Assembly (NCBI RefSeq): GCF_009914755.1
Contig: NC_060932.1
Origin: the human T2T-CHM13v2.0 reference genome, Homo sapiens
Strand: one strand, 5' to 3'
DNA length: 64,000 nucleotides
Under the pieces are notes generated by a model that did not search any database, was not told where the DNA came from, and saw nothing but the letters and a program-made list of their open reading frames with translations. This document shows positions 1-12,132 of the stretch, in pieces. Numbering within the stretch: position 1 is the stretch's first letter; the number at the start of each line of letters is the position of its first letter. The position numbers and the translations under genes were made by a program.

Positions 1-204
1 TTTTTTAATACTTTTGTCTTTTAACTCTTATAGTAGAGGAAAAGTAACTTATAAACTATAATTACAGTATACACTTAATTACATACAAATTCATTACAGC
101 CCTCTGAATTTGACTATATTTTATCTTTATGGTGAATTTTATGCTTTATCTTTACAGTGAGTTATATGCTTTCATATCTTTTCATGTTTTTAGTGTCTTT
201 TTCT

Positions 205-2598
205 TTCTCTATTTTTTAAACATTTATTTTAAGTCCAGGGGTACAAGTGCAGGTTTGTTACATAGGTAAACTTGTGTCATGGGTTTTTTTTGTATAGATT
301 ATTTCATCACCCAGGTATTAAGCCTAGTATCCATTAATTGTTTTTTGATCCTCTCCCTCTTCCTACCCTCCATCCTCCAAAAAGCCCCAGTGTGTATTGT
401 TCCCCTGTATGTGTCCATGTGTTCTGATCATTTAGCTGCCACTTATAAGTGAGAACATGTGGTATTTGGTTTTCTGTTCCTGCATTAGTTTGCTAAGGAT
501 AATGGCCTCCAGCTCCATCCATGTCCCTGCAAAGGACATGATCTCATTGATCTCATTCTTTTTTGTGGCTGCATAGTGTTCCATGGTGTATACGTACCAC
601 ATTTTCTTTATCCAGTCCATTATTGATGGCCATTTAGTTTGATTCCATGTCTTTGCCATTGTGAATAGTGCTGCAATGAACATACATGTGCATGTGTCTT
701 TATAACAGAATGATTTATATTCCCTTGGTTATATGCCCAGTAATGGGACTGCTGGGTTGAATAGTATATCTGTCTTTAGGTCTTTGAGAAATTGCCATAC
801 CATCTTCCACAATGGCTGAACTGATTTACATTCCCACCAACAGTGTATAAGCATTCCTTTTTCTTCACAACCTTGCCAGCATGTTATTTTTTGACTTTTT
901 AATTATAGCCATTCTGACTGGTGTGATATGGTATTCCATATTTCTCGGAGGTTTTGTTCATTCCTTTTCATTCTTTTTTCTCTACATTTGTCTGCCTGCC
1001 ATATTTCATTAAGCTCTGAAATTCTTTCCTCTGGTCTATTCTACTATTAATACTTGTGATTGCATTACGAAATTCTTGTAGTGTGTTTTTCAGCCCTATC
1101 AGGAGGATTAAGTACTTCTCTATACTGGCTATTTTGAACCCTTGCTGGAGAGGTAATGAGGTCAGCTGGAGGAAAGAGGGCACTCAGGCTTTTTGAGGTT
1201 TCAGCATTCTTGCTCTGATTCTTTCTCATTTCTGTGAGCTTATCTAATCTACCTTCAATGTTCGACGTTGCCTACCTTTTTTTTTCCCCCTGGCACAATT
1301 TGGCCAATTTTCCATAGGGCTGCTGTGGTTTGCTGGGGGTCTACTCCAGTCCCTAGTTGCCTTGGATTTTCCGGTAGCTGAAGGTATCACCAGTGAAGGC
1401 TGCAAAACAGCAAAGATGGCAGCCTGCCACTTCTTCTAAGAGCTCTGGCCCAGGGAGGTATGAACCTGTTGCCAGGTGGAACGCACCTGCAGGAGGTGGC
1501 TGGAGATCCTGGTTGGGAGGTCTTGCCCAGTCAGGAGGAAGAGGATTGGGGACCCACTTATAGAAGCAGTCTGGCCATGCTTTTGTAGAGCAGCTGCGCA
1601 GTGCTGGGGTAACGCTTCACCGCCTGTTGGCTTGGGCTCTCCAAAGCCCACAGGCTGGACAGGTTCAGTACCCAAATAGCAGAGATGTCAGCCCACCCCT
1701 CCCTCTGAGACCTCTGTCCCAGGGAGTTTTCAAATCTCTGTAGGCCAGAGAACACCAGCGGGGATGGCTGGAGGCCCTGGTTGGGAGGTCCTGCCCAATA
1801 AGGAGGGATGGCTCAGGGACCTGCTTAAAGAAGCAGTCTGGCCACGTGTTGGTAGAGCAATTGTGCTGTGTTGGGGGATCCCTTCTGCCCGATCGGTTTG
1901 GACTCTTCAAAGTCTGCAGGCTGAAAAAGGTGACTTGCCCAAACAGTGAAGATGGTGGCCTTCCCCTCTCCCTGGGAACTCTGTCCCAGGTAGGCACAAC
2001 ACTGCTGCTGGTGGCTGGCTGGAATTCCAAGCCAATGTGTCTTATCCTTTGAGGCACCATGGAAGTAGGGCCTACAGACCATCGCTGCTTGGCCCACTGG
2101 ATTCAGCCTCTTTCCTAAGGGTATGCACAAGGATCTAATCTCCTGCTTTTCTGGAGTTGCAGTTACTTTTGCCGGGAAGCCTGAAGGTGGAATATCTACA
2201 GTTCCTGGTTCTCCAACATGTGCCTGAGCAGCTGCTCTGCCAAGACTCCCGTATCTCTGTGTATTAGACTGAAAGCCCTGATGGAGTGGGTTCAAGAGGG
2301 GATCTCCCAACTCGAGGTTGCAAAGATTCGTGGGAAGAGTGTGGTTTCCAGGGTCACACATTCACTCACCGATTCTCTGGGCAGGGGAGGTTCACCTGGC
2401 TGGGTGTCGTGCCCAGGTGGGCTGTCGTCCTGCCTTTGTTTTCTATGTTCTCCATGGGTCAAGTTGTTTCCTTGATTAGTCCCAGTGCGAGTACTTGGAT
2501 GTTTCAGCGGAAGGTGCTGTATTTACTCGCCCTTTTGTCCCTCTTTGTGAGAGCCACTCACACGAGCTGCTTCTAGTTGGCCATCTTGGCCACTTCCC
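205..2598 (-). mobile_element. L1P (L1PA13-16-like) with both ends but most of ORF1/ORF2 deleted
   Basis: 3'UTR and ORF2 C-terminus at 205-935 (MFIAALFTMAKTWNQ...), abutting ORF1 start and a tandemly repeated 5'UTR at 936-2598. Confidence 0.85.
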
Positions 2599-3214
2599 CA
2601 CTCCTTTTCTTTCAAGTTCTTAAAATACATAATGTTCTTTACATTTGTAGAATTATATCTTCTTTAATTTCAGCATAGTTTTCTTCTATCTTTGAATTTT
2701 TAAATTACATTTTAAGTATCTTCTTTAGAAACACTAATTACATAAAAAATGAATCTTCTATTGAACTTTTTCTTTTCGTGTATGTGTGTACACACGTATA
2801 TATACACAAACACACAATTTCGTTTTGTGTGGTTTTTACCCATCCTGTCTTTCATATGCCTGTTTTAATGGAGTATTCATTTCTGGTTTTTATTTTAGTC
2901 TCTGTATTTCCCCAAAATCCAAAGAACATTTGTTTCTTTCTGGTTTCTTTCATACTATATTGTTTTTAGCTCTTTTTACATTGGTTTCTTAGAGACTTCA
3001 CATTTTCCATTGCTTTCATGGATAATTAAACTTTGGTCTAGATACTTCATTTTCCTTTTGCCTATTTTGTGTTAATTCATTTGTTCATTTATTTTGCTAG
3101 TACCAGTGCATAATTTTCCTTTTAAATTTTGTGATTATTTTTGAAAAGATGCTAAAGTAGAGTAGATTATTGTTCAGCCAGTATTTAACATCTAAACTCA
3201 ACAAATGAGAGGAT

Positions 3215-4275
3215 GTTTTCATTCCATATGGCTGATGTAACAAATTACCAAAAATTTGGAGGCTCAAAACAATAAAAACTTATTATCTCACATTTCTAGA
3301 GGCTCTGGGAGAGCATGCATTGTTTGCCTCTTCTATCTTCTGGTGTCTGCCAGCATTCCTTAGTGTTCCTTGGCTTGTGGCCTAGTGGCTCCAGTCTCTG
3401 CCTCCATCTTCACATCACCTTCTTTGTGTGGGTGTCAAGTCTTCTCCTGCTTTTCTCTTAGAAGGAACTTGTGATAGCATTTAGGGCCCACCAAGATAAT
3501 CCAAAATAAACTTATCACACCAACATTCTTAATTCAATCACATCTGTAGATTCCTTTACCTTATACATTTTCAGATTAGAATTTTTTTATCTGGGTGGCC
3601 ATTATTTAGCCTACTATAGAGAAGTATGCTCCTCTGTCCATTAATGTTGAGTTTGTCCAAAAGACATGTGGTAAGAAATTGATGCTTTCAGTACAGTTTC
3701 TGTGGATCAAGAATTTGGAAGCTGCCTAACCGGGAGCTTCTAGTTCATCTTTCATGAGGAGGCAGTCAAGATGTTGGTCATGTCTGTAGTCATCTGGACT
3801 CCATCAGGATTAGAGGATCTGTTCCCAAGATGACCTATTCATGCAGGTATTGGCAGAATGCCTCAATTTCTCACCACATGAGTTTCTCCACAGGCTTTCT
3901 TCAATATCCTTCCAAGATAGTTGCTGACTTTCCCCCAAGTATCAATGTAAGAGAAAGCAAGGAGGAAGCCATGTCTTTTATTACATGGAAGTCACACACT
4001 GCCATTTCCTCATTATTCAGTTGCTTGCAGTGAGTCACTAATTCTAATCCACACTCAAGAGGAGGGAATTTAAGCTGTACCTCTTGTAAGGTGGAGTATC
4101 TTTGTGCATATGTTAAAACTCCCATACAGCTGCTCCTTCCATCTTATGACTTAGAATGAAACACATGGAGGTAATCGAACTCAGCCAAACTGCATACCTG
4201 TGAACCTAAGGTAAATGCATATTACTGTATGCCTTTCTCTCTTTCTGTGTGTGTATGTGTTTGTAGCAAAAACTG
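3215..4275. mobile_element. Cluster of MLT1 (ERVL-MaLR) LTR fragments
   Basis: MLT1-type motifs (ggctgatgtaacaaattacc...aaaacaataaaaacttattatctcac; cagtttctgtggatcaagaatttgg; tagcaaaaactgactgata). Confidence 0.65.
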
Positions 4276-4652
4276 ACTGATAGAGAACTATTGCTTTTTA
4301 GATCAACTAATTGTCCAAAAATAAAGGTGGAAAAGGGCAAAGGTAATGAAATGAAACAGCTGTTCATTCTTACCCAATTTCTGTATTCTTTGTGATAGGA
4401 CAGTTTTCTTCTGAATTTTTTTCATATTTTTCTTTTCAGGAGAGAAAGTCAATATGGTTCACAGTTACTCTTCATGGTCACATGTGCTAGAGCTAGCAAA
4501 CGAATGTCTAATTATTGCTCATAGCTGATTGCTGCTTCCTTTCTGTTCTTTTTTCTTTCTTTTTGTAGGGCTGATTCTAAGGATTGGAAAGTTTTGGCAT
4601 AGAATATATTCAGTCTCATGTCTCTTGCTATAAATAAAGTTGGTCCCTATAG

Positions 4653-4903
<251 letters not shown>

Positions 4904-5159
4904 AAAGTAGAAATATTTTTCATTTCTGATCATCACTATGACAACCTATCCATGGCCTTGTGCCATCTGAAGCCTTATTTAGGGGGCCTTTTAAAATGCG
5001 CTGCTTATTTTTTAGAAAATCTACTCTGTATGAAATTTGAAAAAGGCGTATATTGTTCCTGGAATTCTATCTCAATTGCTACAATTTTTACCATTTGTCA
5101 GGTAGCTTAGCAGATTATAGTATGACTTATTAGTTAATTCTTAGTTTAAATTAAAGTCA

Positions 5160-6295
5160 TTTATTCTTTGATCAAATATTTGAGCATTTACCATGTGCCA
5201 TTTAGTATTAGGAATACAACAGGGATCAAAATCATACGTGGCTCCTTCCCTCAAGAAGTTTATTATTTGGTGGCAAAAACATTAATCCAATAACAGCAAT
5301 CAATTCCCAACTTGAGAACTGTTATGAATACAAGATATATGCTGCCATGAAGCCTATACAAGAAGATTTTACTTAAAAACCTCAATGAATACTTCCCGGA
5401 GAAGGATACTTCACAAGAGATCTCAATCATAAGTACCTTAGGGAAAAGGGGGATTCAGTAGCAAATAGTATAGGTGACTACTTTGAAGAGAGAGGGATCA
5501 TGGCCTGTATGTGGCTAGAAAGAAGAGAGCAAGGGAAAGTAGGAATATGGCTGAGAGAGGAAGAGACAGAACTGGTTTGACATAAAGCCAGAGCTGGAAG
5601 AGACCAAATTATGTGTGGCCTTAAGGATATTTTAAGAAGTTTTGTATCAATCCTAAAAGCAATAATTAATGTATTTGTACTTACAAACATGGGAACAGTT
5701 TTTCTAGTTTACTTTTTTCAATGGTCATATTAACAGCCATATGCCAGATGGTTTGGAGAGATTCAAGAAAGTATATGGGTGAATCTTTATGAGGCTATTA
5801 CATAGTCAGTGCTTAACATAATTATTTATTGCACTTGATAGTAAGAGAGAATCTAGAAATACATGAATAGATTTGAGAAATAAGCAAATTTAATGTGATT
5901 TGAAAATAAAAATTAAGCAAGATGGACATATCAAGGATCATTCTTGAGTTGTCTGGTGAGTACAACAAAAGAGTCAGATGCTCCTTAACTTACAATGGGC
6001 TTACATTCCAATAAGCCCATTGTAAATTCAAAAATTATAAGCCTAACTATGGTAAGCTGGTTACCATCAGTATTGTGTTGCCATTGAGATAGGAAATAGA
6101 AGAAGAGGTGGAGTGTATAAATTATGTGTTAGGTTTTAAACAGATGACGTTTGAGCTGACTTTCAAAGATTCAGGAACAGATGTCAAATAGACAAATAGT
6201 AAAGCCAGAGAGTTAGAAGGAAAGCCAAGAGAATGGATTGTTTTGAGGAAGTGGTGGTCCATAGTAAATGCCAATTAAAAGGTCAAGTAAATTGA
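5160..6295 (-). mobile_element. Degraded L2 containing a small Tigger4/MER46-like MITE at 5975-6070
   Basis: L2 3'-end motif (caaatatttgagcatttaccatgtgcca). MITE termini cagatgctcctt...ccatcag|ta. Confidence 0.6.
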
Positions 6296-7276
6296 GTCTT
6301 GTTCAAAATTTATCTACATAAAGAAAACAGCTAAAATAGAAAAGAAAGCTAATAATGGAATGGTAAAATAGATGATGGAAAATAAAATAAAATATTAAGC
6401 AGATATATTTGTTTTCAGGTAATGTTCATAAACAAGTGGTAAATCTATAATAAAACATTAAGAGAAAAAGGTACTATGTAGAAGCCTATATTTAAATGTG
6501 AATGCATATGTAGACACTTGAACACACTTATCTACCAGAAGTTTAACTGTCATTTAACTGACTTTCTGGATGATCAATAGTTTCTATTCCTTCTGTCAAA
6601 ACATATTCACTAATGCCCAGAGAACAATGAAGACTCCAAACTAGTAGTTTAGTTTCTTATGTACTCGTGTATATTTTCTCCCACCATTTCAGTTGCTTAT
6701 TGACTAAGTCAATTCCTTAACACTAAGTTATACTTAGCATTTAATTATAATACTTAATACTATATAAATCAATAAAATATTAGTATAAAATAGTTGTTTT
6801 GAGAACTTCTACTTTTCCATTTGGCATATAAGAAGCTTAGAAGTTGCCAATCCATACTTAAAAGTAAAAAGCTAAACCCATTAAAAAAAAATCAACAACT
6901 CTTCTTAGATCAGAGAAGTGAGGTCACAGGGCAAACCACTGCCCTAAAGTTGGAGAGAAAGAGAGGATCCCCAAATTAGAGAAACAGATAGAACCACAAC
7001 TTACTGAAGCAGAGATCCATGAGCAGAAACCTCCATAGCAACCATTGTGGGGGTAGAAAAAATTAAACTGTAATTGGCAAATTGCTGAAGGCTCAGTGTG
7101 AAACAACTTAGAGAATTAAAAACTCCAAGGGTACCCAGTCATAGTTGTGGGGGCTATATACTTTTATGAGTTTGATCTTTAGGAGCTCTAACTACTAGGT
7201 CCTCACAGTAAGTATCAGATGAGAAAGTCCTCTTGTGCTTCTGGTAGGAGGAGGGGAAAAAACTATTATAAAATAA

Positions 7277-7523
7277 GCCAGAGGTGGGAGGATCACTTGA
7301 GCCCAGAAGTTTGAGACCAGCCTGGACAACATAGTGAGATCCTATCTTTACAAACAATTACAAAAAAATTAGCCATGCATGGTGGCACATGCTGGTGGTC
7401 CCAGCTACTCAGGTTGAAATAGGAGCATCACTTGAACCCAGGAGGTCAAGGCTGCAGTGAGCCATGATTTATATCACTGCACTCCAGCCTGGGTGACAGT
7501 AAGACCCTGTCTCAAAAAAAAAA
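7277..7523 (+). mobile_element. AluJ, 5'-truncated
   Basis: ggaggatcacttgagcccag...gagaccagcctggacaacatagtgaga and an A-tail. Confidence 0.88.
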
Positions 7524-8022
7524 TACTAATTTCTAAAAAGCTGAATAGTCTGTTCTCCTTTAAAGGGCCTAAACTCAAGGGAGACTATTTTACCAGAGCC
7601 TAACCTTCTGAGGTTTTATCAGAGTCTGATCTGCCTGGGGAAAAAAATACCCAGCTCAAGGGTCCTCTAGTTTTTCACATGTTGGAAGGCTGCCCTGTAC
7701 CACCTAAGGAGGGGAAAAAAAAGAGCAGCACTGAAAGTTCACAGTCCAGGTCACAGGCTCGCCAAAAGACTAAGACCTAATCACAGGCTTATAGAACACA
7801 TCCCCTTTTTCCACACCGTATTGTGACATCACTAAAGGCCTGTTTATCACAGTTTCTTTTACTCAGAACATTATAATCAGCTATGAAAAAAAAAATTACA
7901 AGGCATACTAGAAGGCAAAACACACAGTTTGAAGAGCCAGAGCAAGCATAAGGACTAGACTTACCTATGGCCATGAGGTTGGAATTATCAGAACAGAAAT
8001 CTTTTTAAAAGTCTATGATTGA

Positions 8023-8370
<348 letters not shown>

Positions 8371-10086
8371 TTAGACAACAGACAAGAACAGATAGGAAAT
8401 TTAAGCAGAGAGATTAAAATTCTAGGAAATAATTTTAAAATGATAAAGATCAAAAACAGAAAGAAAATATGCCTTTGATGGGCTCATTAGTAGACTTCAC
8501 ATAGCTGAGGAAAGAATCTTGGAGTCTAATGATAGGACAACAGAAACTTCCAAAACTGAGAAGCAAAAATTCAAAAAAAAAAAAACTGATAAAAAAGAAC
8601 AGAATATCTAAGAACTGTGGGACAACTACAAAAGGAGTAGCATACATGTAATGGGAATATAAAAAAGGAGAAGAGACAGAAAAAGAAAAATCAAGGGATG
8701 AAGAAAATATCTAGAAAAGAATGCAAAGTGGAGAAAAGAAACAACTTACTTATAGAAGAGCAAAGATAAGAATTACATCCAAATTCACCACAGAAATCAT
8801 GCAAGCAAAAAGAGAGAGGAATGAAATATTCAAAATGTTAAGAGTAAAAAACCAGTGTTTAAATTATGTACTCTGTGAATTTAGCCTTCAAAAGTGAAGG
8901 AGGAATAAAGCCTTTCTCAGACAAACAAAAATTGAGAGAATTTGTTACAAGTAAACCTGCCTTGCAAGAAATCTTAGCAGAAGCTATTCAGGAAGAAGGA
9001 AAATTACATAAGTTAGAAACATGGATCTAAATAAAGGAAGGAACAGCATCAGAGAATAAGTGAAGGTAAAATAAATACTTTCCCTTATTTTTACTTTTTT
9101 TCCTTTTATTTTTAGTTGACACAATAGTCGTACATATTTATGGATGACACAGTGATATATTTCCATATGTGATATACAATGTGTAATGATCAAATCAGGG
9201 TAATTAGCATATCCATCCCCTCTAACATTCATCATTTCTTTCTGTTATGAACAATCCAAATCCTCTATTCTAGCTTTCTGAGCATATACAATAAATTATG
9301 GTAAACTATGTTCACCCTGCAGTGCTGCAGAATGCCAGGGCTAATTCCTCCTATCTAGTTATAATTTTGCATCTGTTAACCAACTTCTCCCTATCGTCCC
9401 CTCCCTCCTACCCTTTTGTGCCTTTAATACCCACAATTTTATTCTCTACTTCCATGAACTCAATTATGTTTTAGCTCCCACATATAAATGACAGCATGTG
9501 GTGTTTATCTTTCTGTGACTGACCGATTTGGCTTAATATAAAGTCCTCCAGGCTCATCTGTGTTGCTGTGAGTGACAGGATTTCATACTTTTTTTATACC
9601 TGAAGGTTATTTCATTGAGTGTATATATACTACATTTTCTTCATCCATTTGTTTGTTGATGGACACCTAAGTTAATTCCATGTCTTAGCCATTGTGAATA
9701 CTGCTGCAATAAACATTAAGTTACAGGTATCCCTTTAATAGACTGATTTCCTTTCCTTTGGATAACTGCTTGGTAGTGAGATTGCAGGAGCACATGCTAG
9801 TTCCATTTTTAATTTTGTGAGGAAACTTCATACTGTTTTCAATAATGGCTGTACTAATTCACATTCCCACCAACAATTCCAATGGTTTCCTTTTCTCCAC
9901 ATCCTCATCAACACTTATCTTTTGTCTTTTTGATAATAGCCATTCTGACAGGTGTGATAGCTCATTGTGGTATTGATTTGCATTTTTTTCCAGTGATTAG
10001 TGATCTTGAGCATTTTTTCTCATACTTATTGGCCATTTGTATGTTTTAGTTTCATAAATGTCTATTCACATCCTTTGCTCACTTTT

Positions 10087-12132
10087 GTTTTATTATTATA
10101 CTTGAAGTTCTGGGATACAGAACGTGCAGGCTTGTAACATAGGTATACATGTGCCATGGTGGTTTGTTGCACCCGTCAACCCGTCATCTACATTAGGTAT
10201 CTCTCTTAATGCTATCTCTCCCCTTGTCCCCCACCCTGCGACAGGCCCCAATGTGTGATGTTCCCCTCCCTGTGCCAATATGTTCTCATTGTTCAACTCC
10301 CACTTAGGAGTGAGAACGTGCGGTCTTTGGTTTTCTGTTCCTGTGTTAGTTTGCTGAGAATGATGGTTTCCTGCTTCATCCATGACCCTGCAAAGGACAT
10401 GAACTCATTATTTTTTATGGCTGTATAGTATTCCATGGTGTATATGTGCCACGTTTTCTTTATCCAGTCTAACATTGATGGGCATTTGGGTTGGTTCCAA
10501 GTCTTTGCTATTGTGAATAGCTGCAATAAACATATATGTGAATGTGTCTTTATAGTAGAATGATTTAAAATCCTCTGGGTATATGGGATTGGTGGGTCAA
10601 ATGGTATTTATAGTTCTAGATCCTTGAGGAATCACCACACTGTCTTCCACAATGGTTGAACTAATTTACACTCCTACAAACAGTGCAAAAACGTTCCTAT
10701 TTCTCCACATCCTCTCCAGCATCTGTTGTTTCCTGACTTTTTAATGATCGCCATTCTAACTGGTGTGAGATGATATCTCTTTGTGGTTTTGATTTGCATT
10801 TCTCTAATGACCAGTGATGATGAACTTTTTTTGATATGTTTGTTGGCCACATAAATTTGAAAAGTGTCTGTTCATATCCTTTGCCCACTTTTTGATGGGT
10901 TTGTTTATTTTTTTCTTATAAATTTGTTTAAGTTCCTTGTAGATTCTGGATATTAGGTCTTTGTCAGGTGGATAAATTGCAAACATTTTCTCCCATTCTG
11001 TAGGTAACCTGTTCACTCTGATTATAGTTTCTTTTGCTGTGCAGAAGCTCTTTAGTTTAAATAGATACCATTTGTCAATTTGGGCCTTTGTTGCCATTGC
11101 TTTTGGTGTTTTAGTCATGAAGTCTTCCCATGCCTATGTCGTGAATGGTATTGCCTAGGTTTTCTTCTAGGGTTTTTATGGTTTTAGGTCGTATGTTTAA
11201 GTCTTTAATCCATCTTGAGTTAATTTTTGTTCTAAGGCATAAGGAAGGGGTCCAGTTTCAGTTTTCTGCATATGGCTAGCCAGTTTTCCCAGCGCCATTT
11301 ATTAAATAGGGAAACCTTTCCCCATTTCCTGTTTTTGTCAGGTTTGTCAAAGATGGCTGTAGATGTGTGATGCTATTTCTGAGGCCTCGGTTCTGTTCAA
11401 TTGGTCTATATATTTGTTTTGGTTCCATTACCATGCTGTTCGGTTACATTTCCTTTGAAAACTGGTACAAAACAAGGATGCCCTCTCTCACCACTCCTAT
11501 TCAACATAGTATTGGAAGTTCTGGCCAGGGCAATCAGGCAAGAGAAAGAAATAAAGGATATTCAAATAGGAAGAGAGGATGTGAAATTATCTCTGTTTGC
11601 AGATGATGTGATTGTATATTTAGAAAACCTCATCGTCTCAGCCCCAAAACTCCTTAAGCTGATAAGCAACTTCAGCAAAGTCTCAGGATACAAAATCAAT
11701 GTGCAAAAATCACAAGCATCCCTATAAACCAATAATAGAGAGCCAAATCATGAGAAAACTCCAATTCACAATTGCTACAAAGAGAATAAAATAACTAGGA
11801 ATACAACTTACAAGGGATGTGAAGGACCTCTTGAAGGAGAACTACAAACCACTGCTCAAGGAAATAAGAGAGGACACAAGCAAATGGAAAAACATTCCAT
11901 GCTCATGGAAAGAAGAATCAATGTCGTGAAAATGGCCATACTGCCCAAAGCAATTTATAGATTCAATGCTATTCCCATCAAGCTATCACTGAAATTCTTC
12001 ACAGAGTTAGAAAAAGCTACTTTAAATTTCACATAGAACCAAAAAAGAGCCCGTATAGCCAAGACAATCCTAAGCAAAAAGAACAAAGCTGGAGGCGTCA
12101 CGCTACCTGACTTCAAACTATGCTACAAGGCC
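10087..12132 (-). mobile_element. L1PA, 5'-truncated and 5'-inverted (twin priming)
   Basis: 3' part on minus at 10087-11447, inverted ORF2 part on plus at 11447-12132. TSD ttgctcactttt at 10075-10086 / 12133-12144. Confidence 0.92.

Noticed and set aside
1420-1990. ~280-bp tandem repeat with paired ORFs
   Set aside because: Internal repeat structure of this L1 family's 5'UTR; similar sequence occurs in the L1 at ~39900-40600.
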